Program-made: the position numbers and the translations under genes
IMG/VR virus record: IMGVR_UViG_3300010371_000017
Location: 1 to 44,583 of that record
Strand: one strand, 5' to 3'
Origin: a virus
Taxonomy: Duplodnaviria; Caudoviricetes
Length of the DNA stretch: 44,583 bases
The notes under the pieces: model-generated
Seen by the model: the letters and a program-made list of their open reading frames with translations, nothing else
Databases searched by the model: none
What the model was told of the DNA's origin: nothing
Shown here: piece by piece, positions 16,946 to 26,917 of the stretch
Position numbering within the stretch: position 1 is the stretch's first letter
How the letters are laid out: each line of letters begins with the position of its first letter

Positions 16946-17704
16946 ATGCCTTCATTCACAGCAGACGCATTTACTTCAGACGCTTACATATCTGAAGCAA
17001 CTCTTACAACCACAAATTATACTGTAGATTTAGTACTTAAAAAAATAAACAAATTAACTACTTACACAGCAGATACAATCATTAAGAAGATTAACAAGGC
17101 AATAACATATACAGCAGATGTAATCATATCAAAGAGAGTACAAACTACATACACAGGAGATGTGGCCATAGCAAAGAGGAAAACTATTACTTATACTGGA
17201 GATACAATAATCAAAAAAATCAACTTGGAATATGCAGGTTCAAATCAAGGTTCATACACAGGTGACGCTTTTTGTGCTGACGCTTACTGTATTGGAAGTT
17301 ACACGAAATACCGCATAGATACAGTATTGAAAAACTTGGTAAGACTTATAACCTATACCACAGATTCTGTTTTTCTAAAATATGGTAGAAATATAACATA
17401 TACAGCAGATACAGTTTTAAGAAAACTAGGTAATCAGAAGACTTACACAGTAGATACTATACTTAGAAAGTTAGGCCTGACTACTATCTACATAGCAGAT
17501 ATTGTATTACAGAAAGTTAAAATCAACACAACCTATACTGCAGATACCGTAACAGCAAAGAGAACAACTAAAACCTACACAGTGGATACGGTATTTCTAA
17601 AACAAGGTAACATTCCAATACCATTTGATGTTCATATCCTAAGAACTCCAGCCTTGGATGTATACATACAACAGTCTCCAAAGTTTGATGTACATATAAT
17701 TTAG
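16946..17704 (+). CDS. Repeat protein, about 12 x 14-15-aa TYTxDxxxxK repeats (fibre shaft-like)
   Basis: Tandem repeats visible in the translation. Confidence 0.7.
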   Translation: MPSFTADAFTSDAYISEATLTTTNYTVDLVLKKINKLTTYTADTIIKKINKAITYTADVIISKRVQTTYTGDVAIAKRKTITYTGDTIIKKINLEYAGSNQGSYTGDAFCADAYCIGSYTKYRIDTVLKNLVRLITYTTDSVFLKYGRNITYTADTVLRKLGNQKTYTVDTILRKLGLTTIYIADIVLQKVKINTTYTADTVTAKRTTKTYTVDTVFLKQGNIPIPFDVHILRTPALDVYIQQSPKFDVHII

Positions 17705-17737
17705 AAGATAAATAGTACATCCAACTATTTAAAAGGT

Positions 17738-18079
17738 ATGACTACAGGCAAAATATCAGTTGGAGATGTCAAGACTGAGTTAAAGCCCAGGGTTATTGAT
17801 GATTCTACAGGTTCTGCAGTAGTTGTAAACCTTGCCAACTTTGATACTTTTACTATAACGTTTCTCAGGCCTGATGGTACTACATTCTCCAAGACTAACG
17901 CAGACGGAGTGGCCATATTCAATCCCCCAGGAGCAGACGGAGTATTACATTATATCACAGGAACACCCAGTATTTGGGATCAAAAAGGCCTATGGGGCTT
18001 TAGAGTTACAGTGAATAACTCTGTTAGTGGTGCTAACTTTACTTCAGAATATGAGTACAAAGAGGTTCTAGGTAATTGA
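17738..18079 (+). CDS. Ig-like (BppU N-terminal-like) virion protein
   Basis: GD......V.D..G..VNL.....I.F.RPDG pattern; own TATA box. Confidence 0.5.
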   Translation: MTTGKISVGDVKTELKPRVIDDSTGSAVVVNLANFDTFTITFLRPDGTTFSKTNADGVAIFNPPGADGVLHYITGTPSIWDQKGLWGFRVTVNNSVSGANFTSEYEYKEVLGN

Positions 18080-20049
18080 GTAACCTAGACTTGGAACATC
18101 ACCACTCATTTGAGTTCAAGCCAGTTGGCCAGTTTAGGGGGGCCAGTTTACTTCAAGAACAATCTGCAGACAAGAAATTTGTCAAGTACTTTCTACTTAC
18201 TGCCAAGGATATTAACGGTAATGGATGGGGAGTATCCCAGGATAGTATAGCAAGTAATATCAAAGATTTTATTGGCCAACCACTTGTAGCAACATCCAGA
18301 CAGTTTATTGCAGATTCAGAATATGGTGATACATTTACACACCCATACATACCAACCAATCACATACCTACAATATTTGCTCATCAAAATAAATTCGCTA
18401 TTGGAATCATACGAGATGTAGTAGAAGAACATGGTAATTGGAACGCAATAGCAGAGATATTTCCCAAGTATGCACACATGAAACCACCACCATTTTGTAG
18501 CCCTGGTATATTCCAATTAGATCCAAGAGAGCCAGAAGGAAACATATCAAAATGGAAAGCACTTCATTTAGCAGTATTAGACGCTGAACCTGCATACGGA
18601 GCCCAAATGGCAATTATGAAGGGTTCATGTGTTGGAACACTAAACGAGTGTAAAGTACAATTCAAAGGAGCCAAATTTGAATCATCCAACACAGAACAGA
18701 AAAAAGAAATACAGAGAGAGGAACTTGAAACTATTGATACTGAAGAAGATAAGACCAAGACTGCTAGTGTTGTATGTCCAATAAAACTAGGCCAGAAACT
18801 TAGAAGAGTTGCTTTAATGGGAAGATTTGCTAGTATAGAAGATTTATCAAAAAAAGAAAGATTAGACCTCTCTACAGGAGAATATGGTAAGTACAAAAGA
18901 CATGATCCAGAATTACCATTAAAGAATGAAGTACCATTTGGAAGAGAAAATAGAAGTGTAAAACAGAGGAAGGAAGACACCAAGAATAAGATTATGCAAG
19001 GATTTGAAAGTATAACCAATGATAGTAAAATCAGACCACCCAAACCAACAACAAAAGATAGACAGAGAATAATAACTGCTAAATTTCAATTAATTACAGG
19101 ATTAAAACAAAAACACGCAAAACTAGACATTCCAATAGAACAACCACCCAATGTTAAAATCAATCCAGAACATGGTAAGATAATAGCAGACGCTTATGGT
19201 AAAATGAAGCATGATCCAAGTAATCCAGAAGTAAAACAATCTTATGACGCTTTGATAAAAGAGACTGGCTCTCAATACAAAGACCTACTTGGAAAGGGCC
19301 TGAAGGTATCAAAAATCAAGGGTGAAAACCCATACAAATCATCAAAGGATATGCATAATGACTTGGAACAAAACAATCATTTACACTACTATCCAACCAA
19401 GTCAGGTTTTGGTTCAGAAGGCGAAGAACATCCAGACCACCCAATGTTACAAAAGACAGAGTTCAAGGATGAAGATAATGAGCCAATGTTAGCAAATGAT
19501 GTATTTAGAATAGTCCATGATATTAATGGCCATCATAGGGGTGGTATGTCAGGTTTTGGCCCTAAAGGTGAGCAACAGGCATTTTTAACTCATAGTAAGA
19601 TGTACAGTCCTACTGCAAAGAAGGCCCTGGCAACTGAGACTATGGGCCAGAATAACTTTGTAAACTTTGGCCCAAATGGTGAACATAATAGAAAAGATCC
19701 AAGCCATACCATATACGCAGAACAAAAGGCAGGAATAATGCCTGATGAAATAGTAAATGGTAACTTTCACCAAGATAATCAGGTGAAAAGTAGCAAACAA
19801 GTTATAAATGATAAATTTCAGAGAATAGCCATGACCAATCTTGAATCTGACAAAGATAAAATCTTAGCCAGATATAATTTATCATTAGATAAATACAGAA
19901 AATCTGTAAAAGGTGAACATGAGGCAAAATCATTAAATGATGAGGGTTTTAGAGAAGTCTTTAGAACTGACGCATTGAAACATGGAAACCGATACAAAAA
20001 ACTCACTGGAGAACACCCACCAGGAATAGAAGAAGTACAGAAAAAATGA
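18076..20049 (+). CDS. Putative prohead protease fused to long C-terminal cargo domains
   Basis: N-terminal INGNGW......I..FIGQP....H...IG.I...S......LAVL...PAY fits HK97/herpes-type maturation proteases; located upstream of scaffold and MCP. Confidence 0.6.
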   Translation: MSNLDLEHHHSFEFKPVGQFRGASLLQEQSADKKFVKYFLLTAKDINGNGWGVSQDSIASNIKDFIGQPLVATSRQFIADSEYGDTFTHPYIPTNHIPTIFAHQNKFAIGIIRDVVEEHGNWNAIAEIFPKYAHMKPPPFCSPGIFQLDPREPEGNISKWKALHLAVLDAEPAYGAQMAIMKGSCVGTLNECKVQFKGAKFESSNTEQKKEIQREELETIDTEEDKTKTASVVCPIKLGQKLRRVALMGRFASIEDLSKKERLDLSTGEYGKYKRHDPELPLKNEVPFGRENRSVKQRKEDTKNKIMQGFESITNDSKIRPPKPTTKDRQRIITAKFQLITGLKQKHAKLDIPIEQPPNVKINPEHGKIIADAYGKMKHDPSNPEVKQSYDALIKETGSQYKDLLGKGLKVSKIKGENPYKSSKDMHNDLEQNNHLHYYPTKSGFGSEGEEHPDHPMLQKTEFKDEDNEPMLANDVFRIVHDINGHHRGGMSGFGPKGEQQAFLTHSKMYSPTAKKALATETMGQNNFVNFGPNGEHNRKDPSHTIYAEQKAGIMPDEIVNGNFHQDNQVKSSKQVINDKFQRIAMTNLESDKDKILARYNLSLDKYRKSVKGEHEAKSLNDEGFREVFRTDALKHGNRYKKLTGEHPPGIEEVQKK

Positions 20050-20663
20050 ATCTTAGACGAGAACTTGGAGATAATGAAGTTTCTCAAAAGGTAGCAGAAA
20101 TCTTCCAGAGAATAGCAGATTTGGGAGAGCAGAATATGACTTATCAAAAATCTAAAAACATGAAGTTAATTAAGACAAAAAACCAGGGTAAAAGTAGGAA
20201 AAGTGTTATAAGAGAAAAGTTTGCTAGAATAACCATGCCAAGTTTTGAACAGGCCCAACAAAGATATGAGACTGCCTTGAAGGAAGGTAGAATCAATCAT
20301 AATGGTGGATTTACATACATTCCAGGAGAGGATAGAGTATACAATGCAAGTAACAAACAAGACGCATTGGAATTACTACAAAAATTCGGTAACGGTAAAG
20401 ATCCAGTCCACATGATAGGAATTACAGATATTCACTCAAAACACCTAGAGCCAGAGGCCAAATCTTACTACAACTATCTAGCAAATTCAGGAAATACACC
20501 AATAATAGGTGGATTCCAAGAGCCAACATTCCCAACAACTGATATTACATTCTTACAAGCATTACCTGATGAACAGGCCAACGCAATAGCCAAGGCTCAC
20601 CATCAAAGATCCAGGGGTAAGATTCATCCTGATGGAACTTTTGAAGTGGTAGACACAATTTAA
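20046..20663 (+). CDS. Putative head-associated/internal protein
   Basis: Contains EIFQRIA and EKFARI motifs shared with its neighbours. Confidence 0.55.
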   Translation: MNLRRELGDNEVSQKVAEIFQRIADLGEQNMTYQKSKNMKLIKTKNQGKSRKSVIREKFARITMPSFEQAQQRYETALKEGRINHNGGFTYIPGEDRVYNASNKQDALELLQKFGNGKDPVHMIGITDIHSKHLEPEAKSYYNYLANSGNTPIIGGFQEPTFPTTDITFLQALPDEQANAIAKAHHQRSRGKIHPDGTFEVVDTI

Positions 20664-20696
20664 TACTTATAAGGTAGAATGGGTAAGTTGTTATAG

Positions 20697-20936
20697 ATGT
20701 CCACTCCAAAACAAGTTAAAGCACGATTTGGTAAAATTGTTAGACTAGCAGAAGGTACTGTTAATTCCTCTTTCCAAAAGATTACAAGTGATGATAATCC
20801 AGGTTCTGACTCTGTAGCAAAAGAAAATGCAAACACAGGAGAACGAAGTAACCCACCTGCAGAAAACAAAACCTCTGGAGATAGAGAACACCAATATTCT
20901 GTAGAAGAACAAAACGCAAACCAAAGGCAGAGATAA
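20697..20936 (+). CDS. Small hydrophilic head-associated protein
   Basis: ARFGKIVRLAE motif followed by a low-complexity tail. Confidence 0.55.
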   Translation: MSTPKQVKARFGKIVRLAEGTVNSSFQKITSDDNPGSDSVAKENANTGERSNPPAENKTSGDREHQYSVEEQNANQRQR

Positions 20937-20940
20937 AATC

Positions 20941-21399
20941 ATGCCAGTTAAAATTCTAGGTAAAACTTACGAAGACCATGATTCAGCAGTCAAGGCCCTA
21001 AAAGCAAGTAAGCCAGATATTAGTGATCCAGACGCTTATGTTGCAACTGTAGAAAGACAGGAAAAAGGAGCAAAACTAAAGTCAAGATTCTCACAATTAC
21101 AAAAGGAAGTTAAACAAGATGAAGGTAAATCAGAAGATGTCTTGAAATTAAAAGGTCAAGAAAGACCACCTTTCAAGTCTAAAGGTACTGGAGAAGAAGA
21201 ATCTTCAAGTAAACAACAGACCAAGACAAAGGAAGATCCAGTAAAGATTAGAGCCAAGACTGCTGAGAAATTTCAGAAGATAGTAAGAGAAGAAATAAAC
21301 TCAGGACAAACTATAAAATGTAGAGAGTGTGGTAAACAAATACCATTAAGAGAGTTTGGAAAACACACAAACAAAGAACATCCAAACTTTTACAAGTAA
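20941..21399 (+). CDS. Charged protein with C-terminal C2H2 zinc finger
   Basis: CRECG......F.KH...EH; EKFQKIVR motif. Confidence 0.6.
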   Translation: MPVKILGKTYEDHDSAVKALKASKPDISDPDAYVATVERQEKGAKLKSRFSQLQKEVKQDEGKSEDVLKLKGQERPPFKSKGTGEEESSSKQQTKTKEDPVKIRAKTAEKFQKIVREEINSGQTIKCRECGKQIPLREFGKHTNKEHPNFYK

Positions 21400-21449
21400 T
21401 ACTCTTTAATTAATACTTTATAAACACATTTTAACCCTATTTAAAAGTA

Positions 21450-21965
21450 ATGACTTTGAACATACGAGACACTATTGTTAGACTCGCAGAAATCGGAGCA
21501 GATATGGTAGACGCAAATGAGAACCGTAAGGCTTCTCCAGAAGAGGTACTCCAAGACTTGGAACGTGTTGCACAGGAACTTGAATCTATAATGGCTTCAA
21601 TTCCAGCACAAGAAAATTCTGAGCCAGAGGCCCCAGTTGCACAACCATCTAATCCATCACAAGTAGCAAAACTTGAAAAAGATGTTGCTACTTTGACAGC
21701 AAAACTCGCTTTGAAAGACAAAGAAGAGATTGCTACTAGATATGCAGAATTGTTTGATCAAAACAAGTATGCAGAAAAGTATGATGAGGTTATGAACTCC
21801 GAGGATTCCAATCAAACTTGGACTGCAAAAATCGAAGCAATAGAAAAATTCGCAAACGAAAGTGATAGTACTCCTTATAGACAAGCAAAGAATCAGTCAT
21901 TCTCTTATCAGAAGACTGCAAAATTGGTTAGAAGTAAGAGTACAGAACACATGAGGTCGCTATAA
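21450..21965 (+). CDS. Capsid scaffolding protein
   Basis: Acidic coiled-coil protein preceding the decoration and MCP genes; TTTATAAA promoter. Confidence 0.65.
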   Translation: MTLNIRDTIVRLAEIGADMVDANENRKASPEEVLQDLERVAQELESIMASIPAQENSEPEAPVAQPSNPSQVAKLEKDVATLTAKLALKDKEEIATRYAELFDQNKYAEKYDEVMNSEDSNQTWTAKIEAIEKFANESDSTPYRQAKNQSFSYQKTAKLVRSKSTEHMRSL

Positions 21966-21966
21966 A

Positions 21967-22500
21967 ATGACAAACAATTATACGCCAACAGCCGCAGGTG
22001 TTATCACAAAAGAGCAGACACTTCACAGCATTAGACGTTTGCCAGTAGCAGGAGCCGCGAACATAGCACAAGGAGACTTGTGTATATTAGACGCACAAGG
22101 TTATCTTGTACAGGCTATTTCGTCTAACGGAAACCCAGGTTATCCAGCAACTACAGGTGTAGATTACTTTGTAGCCTTACAGGCCGCAAACAATACCTCT
22201 GGAACTGACGCGGCAATTACTTGCCCAGTCGCAGTACGAGGTCACTTTGTAACCGTAGTAGCAGGAGCCGCAATAAGCCCAGGTCAGGTAGTTAAACCCT
22301 ACACAACCGCAGGACAAGTTACTAAATTTGTCTCAGGTACTGACGCAGAAGGACTTAGAGCAGGTATTTATTGGGGTAAAGAAGGTGGTGTAATTTCTAA
22401 ATCAGCAACGACTCCATACTTGGAATCATTCACTGATACAGAAGACTTCCCACCTGTTGCTTGTAGTGCAAACGATATAGTGGAGATTCAACTGATATGA
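21967..22500 (+). CDS. Capsid decoration/cement protein
   Basis: A..I..GD.......G and AGAAISPGQVV beta-tulip-like pattern; directly upstream of MCP. Confidence 0.65.
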   Translation: MTNNYTPTAAGVITKEQTLHSIRRLPVAGAANIAQGDLCILDAQGYLVQAISSNGNPGYPATTGVDYFVALQAANNTSGTDAAITCPVAVRGHFVTVVAGAAISPGQVVKPYTTAGQVTKFVSGTDAEGLRAGIYWGKEGGVISKSATTPYLESFTDTEDFPPVACSANDIVEIQLI

Positions 22501-23663
22501 GTGGCAGAATAATCTCTGACAATCAGAGAAAATCAGGCCCTGAGCAAATCTGGAGAGATCCAGCAACAAACATATTGATGGGAACCATTGGTGAACCAAA
22601 ATATGGATTTGCAGAAGTTGAAGCATATCCACTGTATGATCTAAATGCTCATGCAAAAATCAATCAGAAACTTGCCCGAAAGGACATCTCTGATGGAGAC
22701 GCAGAGCAAGACGCATTTCTCGATAGTGAGTTGAGAAATATTGCCCAAGAAATCAAGGACAATATCGTATCAGCACCAACTTATCAGAAATTTGCCGCAC
22801 TTAGATCAAACACAAACTCTGGAGTGAACATCATCAACGTTTGGACAGAACTACAGGGAAGACGAGACCGTAGATTTGCCGCAAAGGCTATGTCAAGAGA
22901 AGTTCCAGTAAGAAACTTACTTCTCTCAGTAGACAAGGCTAACAAGTTCCAGGGAATGGTAAACATTGATGAAGGTCAATTAAGCCAACTGAAACAACTT
23001 ACCTACTCAAGACAGACCTTTACAGCAAGTAAATATGGACTCAAGTTCGTTATCCATGAGGAAGCAAGATTGAAGAACGTACATAACGTACTTCAAGATT
23101 CCATAATGATAGCAGGACAAAAAGTAGACCAACGAGCCTCATCTGATACAATTACTGCACTCGAAACAAACACAACCCAATCAGCCCTTGGCATTTGGGA
23201 TTCCTTTGTTGCAAGTACAGCAAGATCAACCAACTCACCATTAGACGACATTGGCATAGCAGAACTAGCCATTGAAGGCTCAGGTGTAGGTGGAGAAATG
23301 ACTCATATTGGTATGCACCCAATTTCCTTTGGAAAATACCTTGCTAACTCTTACATAAGAGGTCTAGCACCAACAACTCCAGTTGAATACGACTACAAAC
23401 CAGGTGAGAGAAATCTTCCAGGTGTAGACGGAATCAAACTAGTTTTGGACAACGGATTCCAACAAGGACATGTACACGCAGTAGACGCAGAAACTTCTGA
23501 CGCTAATGTATTGTACTTGCAGGGCCCACAGAGAATAGGATCTGCCCATGACGAAGAGACAGGCGACGACAAGTACTTTATTATTGACTACCACCTTGCT
23601 ACAGTGGCACAAACCCAAACAGGTATTGTAATCACTGGAGCAGTATCACCATTTGTGTGGTAG
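22497..23663 (+). CDS. Major capsid protein (HK97 fold)
   Basis: 388 aa; IDEG.......Y....F...KYG....I..E E-loop/spine pattern and GMHP; followed by a pyrimidine-rich terminator. Confidence 0.8.
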   Translation: MSGRIISDNQRKSGPEQIWRDPATNILMGTIGEPKYGFAEVEAYPLYDLNAHAKINQKLARKDISDGDAEQDAFLDSELRNIAQEIKDNIVSAPTYQKFAALRSNTNSGVNIINVWTELQGRRDRRFAAKAMSREVPVRNLLLSVDKANKFQGMVNIDEGQLSQLKQLTYSRQTFTASKYGLKFVIHEEARLKNVHNVLQDSIMIAGQKVDQRASSDTITALETNTTQSALGIWDSFVASTARSTNSPLDDIGIAELAIEGSGVGGEMTHIGMHPISFGKYLANSYIRGLAPTTPVEYDYKPGERNLPGVDGIKLVLDNGFQQGHVHAVDAETSDANVLYLQGPQRIGSAHDEETGDDKYFIIDYHLATVAQTQTGIVITGAVSPFVW

Positions 23664-23687
23664 ACTTAATGAATCATTGAGATAAAA

Positions 23688-23711
23688 TCTCTTCCCCCTC
23701 TTTTACTTTTT
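23688..23711 (+). terminator. Pyrimidine/T-rich archaeal-type terminator after MCP
   Basis: TCTCTTCCCCCTCTTTTACTTTTT. Confidence 0.5.
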
Positions 23712-23819
23712 ACAATTACAAGAACAATCTTGCTCAGATTTGGGCAAGTAGAACGTACCGCGATTACATTCTTGGTGACAATCTTTTGAACACCAATAAC
23801 ATATTGGATTCTCTGTCAT
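23703..23819 (-). CDS. 38-aa Cys-rich microprotein MTENPICYWCSKDCHQEC...DCSCNCKK
   Basis: Hand translation; ATGA-coupled to 23816..24133. Confidence 0.55.
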   Translation of the reverse strand: MTENPICYWCSKDCHQECNRGTFYLPKSEQDCSCNCKK

Positions 23820-24133
23820 CTAGTACGAGTCCTATTTTCTTTTACAACCGCTAGATATTCTTGATACCATTTTTTAGCACCTTCTAATCCGAGTTGGGCA
23901 ACAACATGATTATGTTCTACACAGATGTTAGGATTCTTTGAAGAATGATAATAATTTCTTGAATTTACTCGTGTTCTTTTACCGCATACTTGACACTCTG
24001 ACGGTGAGGTTGAGGAAGTCAATTTAATGCCTCCATGCACAGCAGATGCAATGTACATGTGGGTTGGAATTAAATTCATGACATTCGCATTTACATTTTT
24101 GATTAGTGGACTCTTCCATAGACTTGTAAACAC
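23816..24133 (-). CDS. Hypothetical Zn-binding protein (CQVC...C..H)
   Basis: One of the few minus-strand genes; no competing + strand ORF. Confidence 0.55.
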   Translation of the reverse strand: MFTSLWKSPLIKNVNANVMNLIPTHMYIASAVHGGIKLTSSTSPSECQVCGKRTRVNSRNYYHSSKNPNICVEHNHVVAQLGLEGAKKWYQEYLAVVKENRTRTR

Positions 24134-24217
24134 AATTATATAATATAAGTAAATCCATACTTTTCACCCTATTATTTGTTGGATAGAAGATAAATAGTAA
24201 AGTCTACAAAATAGGTC

Positions 24218-24442
24218 ATGGTAACAATCAAACTACCAAAAAACGAACTGACAGACTTTCTTGTTAGAGAGTTTGGAACAGACAGAATAGCCAACTATGC
24301 TGAGACTCCACTCCCAACAGTGGTTTTAAAAGGTACTGGCATATTTGGGAACCAAATCAAAAGACTTGAAAAAATCGGATGGTCTATTGCAGGGATACAC
24401 GCAAATCAAAAAGGTGTCCTGCAGATTGGGTTCAAAAACTAA
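24218..24442 (+). CDS. Hypothetical protein
   Basis: TATA box at about 24190 and T-tract after the stop. Confidence 0.65.
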   Translation: MVTIKLPKNELTDFLVREFGTDRIANYAETPLPTVVLKGTGIFGNQIKRLEKIGWSIAGIHANQKGVLQIGFKN

Positions 24443-24469
24443 CTTTTTTATTCCTTAAATAGTATTACT

Positions 24470-24976
24470 GTGGTATTACGATTAATGCCGAAGAAAGAAA
24501 TCCCAGTCAATAAGGACAACTTTTGGGCTCAGCAAGTGTACAGAGTTCTAGTGAATGGGCAAGGCCATATTGGAGCATTGGTAAGACGTCGATATGATGA
24601 AACTGATGTAGAGAAGAAAGGCCTGGGCCAGTATATCGGTATCAAAGAAGTGGAAATAAAGGACATGATAACCGATAATGATCCAGAGTCAGAGACATTT
24701 GGTAAGAGAATCCCTGATCCAAATGATGAAGGTGGAAGAAAGAAAATGCAATTTGTTGAGACTGACGACAAGGAAGCATTGGCCAAATTCAAAAAACTCA
24801 CTGGAACTACAAACTATGGAACTACCATACTAACGTACAAGTTCCGAGAAATGACATTTGAGGCTCCTGATTCAGAAGAGTTCTGGACTGCAGACATCAA
24901 AGACATACATAGAAAATACATACAGAAAATACCTGAAATTGAACAGCAATCTGTATCAAGATCCAAGGTGAAGTAA
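24470..24976 (+). CDS. Hypothetical protein
   Basis: 168-aa ORF. Confidence 0.65.
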   Translation: MVLRLMPKKEIPVNKDNFWAQQVYRVLVNGQGHIGALVRRRYDETDVEKKGLGQYIGIKEVEIKDMITDNDPESETFGKRIPDPNDEGGRKKMQFVETDDKEALAKFKKLTGTTNYGTTILTYKFREMTFEAPDSEEFWTADIKDIHRKYIQKIPEIEQQSVSRSKVK

Positions 24977-25131
24977 TGAACCGTATCAGTTTCACTATCA
25001 GAGAAGACAATGAGAAGAAACTTGATAACTATGTAAAACACTGGGCTAGGGGCCCCTTCAAGGATAACGTATCAGCCTTTCTAAATCATCTAATAGAAAG
25101 ATATGTTCCTGAAGATCCTAGCACTATCTAA
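24976..25131 (+). CDS. Ribbon-helix-helix DNA-binding protein (51 aa)
   Basis: Hand translation MNRISFTIREDNEKKLDNYV...NVSAFLNHLIE: beta strand plus two helices; TAATG coupling. Confidence 0.65.
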   Translation: MNRISFTIREDNEKKLDNYVKHWARGPFKDNVSAFLNHLIERYVPEDPSTI

Positions 25132-25264
25132 TTTTTTAAAAAAATAATTTAATCAGAGTGTCTTAACGTATTCTCTGATAGATTCTTCTTGAGCCTTGGA
25201 ATCTGCTTCCTTTTTGGCCCATTCGTCTTGCTTATTTGCAATAGTTCGTAATCCTTGCATGTAT

Positions 25265-25690
25265 CTATTTAGATAGACTACGATAATAACGTTTCTTTTC
25301 TCTTCTACAGGTTATACAATGTCTTCTATTTCCATGTCTATATAGATTATCTCCACTCAAAGGATGTCCTTTTGGACATACGTCTTTTTTACTACGTTTA
25401 ATGTTCTCCTGACTAGTAACAGGTTCAAGATGATCTGGATTCACACATTTTTTGTTTTTACATAGGTGATCCAATTGTAAACCTAATGGTATTTGGCCTT
25501 TGTTTACTATGAATGAGAAATTATGTCCTTGAACTCTATTTTTTCCTGACTCTTTAAACCTTGAATATCTAGCAGATTTTGTATCTGTATAATTCCAACA
25601 CCCATTAGGTTGAACCTGAACCCTATCCCAAAACCTCTCTAATTCCCAATCTGGCAATAACATTAAAACCTTTTTACCATATAAAAACAT
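25265..25690 (-). CDS. HNH homing endonuclease
   Basis: RFWDRV...GCW, LDHLC.N..CVNPDHLEPVT..EN, CPKGH...C..C. The true start may be 25663. Confidence 0.9.
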   Translation of the reverse strand: MFLYGKKVLMLLPDWELERFWDRVQVQPNGCWNYTDTKSARYSRFKESGKNRVQGHNFSFIVNKGQIPLGLQLDHLCKNKKCVNPDHLEPVTSQENIKRSKKDVCPKGHPLSGDNLYRHGNRRHCITCRREKKRYYRSLSK

Positions 25691-25698
25691 TATTTACT

Positions 25699-26598
25699 AT
25701 GAGTACTTCTGTAACTCCAGCCACACTTCAAGCCATTCTACAGGGTGGTTCTTATCCTGCAGGAGCCCTAGCAACTGACCAAATATTTGACTATGAGAAA
25801 CCAATTCTAAGAAGAAGGTATCCAAGTGTAGAAATTATCATAGATTCACCTGAGAGTACAGAATCTACACAAAAGGCCACAAACAAGACTCTAGGCTTTA
25901 AGATAATGTACTACTCCAAGATTCTTGCTCAGGGTTCAGATGAAGTAGCCAACCAAAAACTAGTTGAAGACCAAATTCTATCTCTAATGGAATCTACCAC
26001 TTTGGAAGATCCAAACATCATACTAGAAGTGAAAAAATGGACTAGAGAAAACGTACAACCTGACGGTAGAATACCAGGCCATATAAAATCAACATTACAG
26101 GTAACAGTAAGAAATATTCTAGTATCTAACAGACCTTCAAATGCTCTTTTGACATTCAATCTTTCTGGAAGTACAGTAGCAACTCCACCTGCAGGAAACT
26201 ATCAGTATACCGAGGTATATGACGCAAGTATAATTTATGGATACAACTCTGTAGAGGAATTAGTAACTAAAAACTCTCTAGGTGCAGGTGTACCAATCAG
26301 GTTCAGGGGTAAGTTCAAGGGTAAGGTAATTTTCAATATCTATGTAAAACCAAATGATTTTGGTACTACTGGAGACAAACTAAACCAACTGAACACATTA
26401 CTATCTGGAGAGGAAAAGCCAGAGATAGGATTAATCTTCCAGGCCTATGACGCAAGTTCTCCAACTCCAAGACACTCTGTAAATACTACATTTACAATAG
26501 ATGTGGATGAAGTACAACAGATAGCCAATTTTAACGATAATCTTGTCTTCAGAGTGATAGGTACAATCACCAAACCACCAACAATCTCTGACAGTTAG
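25699..26598 (+). CDS. Tail terminator/completion-like domain fused to a tail-tube-like domain
   Basis: N-half has a YPSVEI pattern; C-half aligns by eye with 26918..27358. Confidence 0.5.
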   Translation: MSTSVTPATLQAILQGGSYPAGALATDQIFDYEKPILRRRYPSVEIIIDSPESTESTQKATNKTLGFKIMYYSKILAQGSDEVANQKLVEDQILSLMESTTLEDPNIILEVKKWTRENVQPDGRIPGHIKSTLQVTVRNILVSNRPSNALLTFNLSGSTVATPPAGNYQYTEVYDASIIYGYNSVEELVTKNSLGAGVPIRFRGKFKGKVIFNIYVKPNDFGTTGDKLNQLNTLLSGEEKPEIGLIFQAYDASSPTPRHSVNTTFTIDVDEVQQIANFNDNLVFRVIGTITKPPTISDS

Positions 26599-26628
26599 AC
26601 TTAATAGAAAGTATATCTACCGAGTTTC

Positions 26629-26874
26629 ATGGGTGGAAACATAAAAGAACCAACTCTAAAAGAAATAGAGGCCAAGAGAAAAGCAACTGAACTACAAGAC
26701 TCCAAGAATATGACCTATGAAACAATAGTAGATAATATTGCCAATGCAAAGAAGGCAATAAACAGTATTCAGGTTCAGATAAATGATCTTGTCCATAAAA
26801 GACAAAATCAGGAAGCATTGGTCTCTAAGATGAATAGAATCCTCAGATTGAAGAAAGAATCTGCAGGAGCCTAA
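26629..26874 (+). CDS. Small coiled-coil protein
   Basis: Heptad pattern. Confidence 0.6.
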   Translation: MGGNIKEPTLKEIEAKRKATELQDSKNMTYETIVDNIANAKKAINSIQVQINDLVHKRQNQEALVSKMNRILRLKKESAGA

Positions 26875-26917
26875 TTTTTTTCCAAAGTATAAATACGAAA
26901 ATAAAGCCATATAAACT

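Noticed and set aside
16946-17704. CRISPR-like or DNA tandem repeat array
   Set aside because: Periodicity is at the protein level with synonymous divergence; no constant DNA repeat with spacers.
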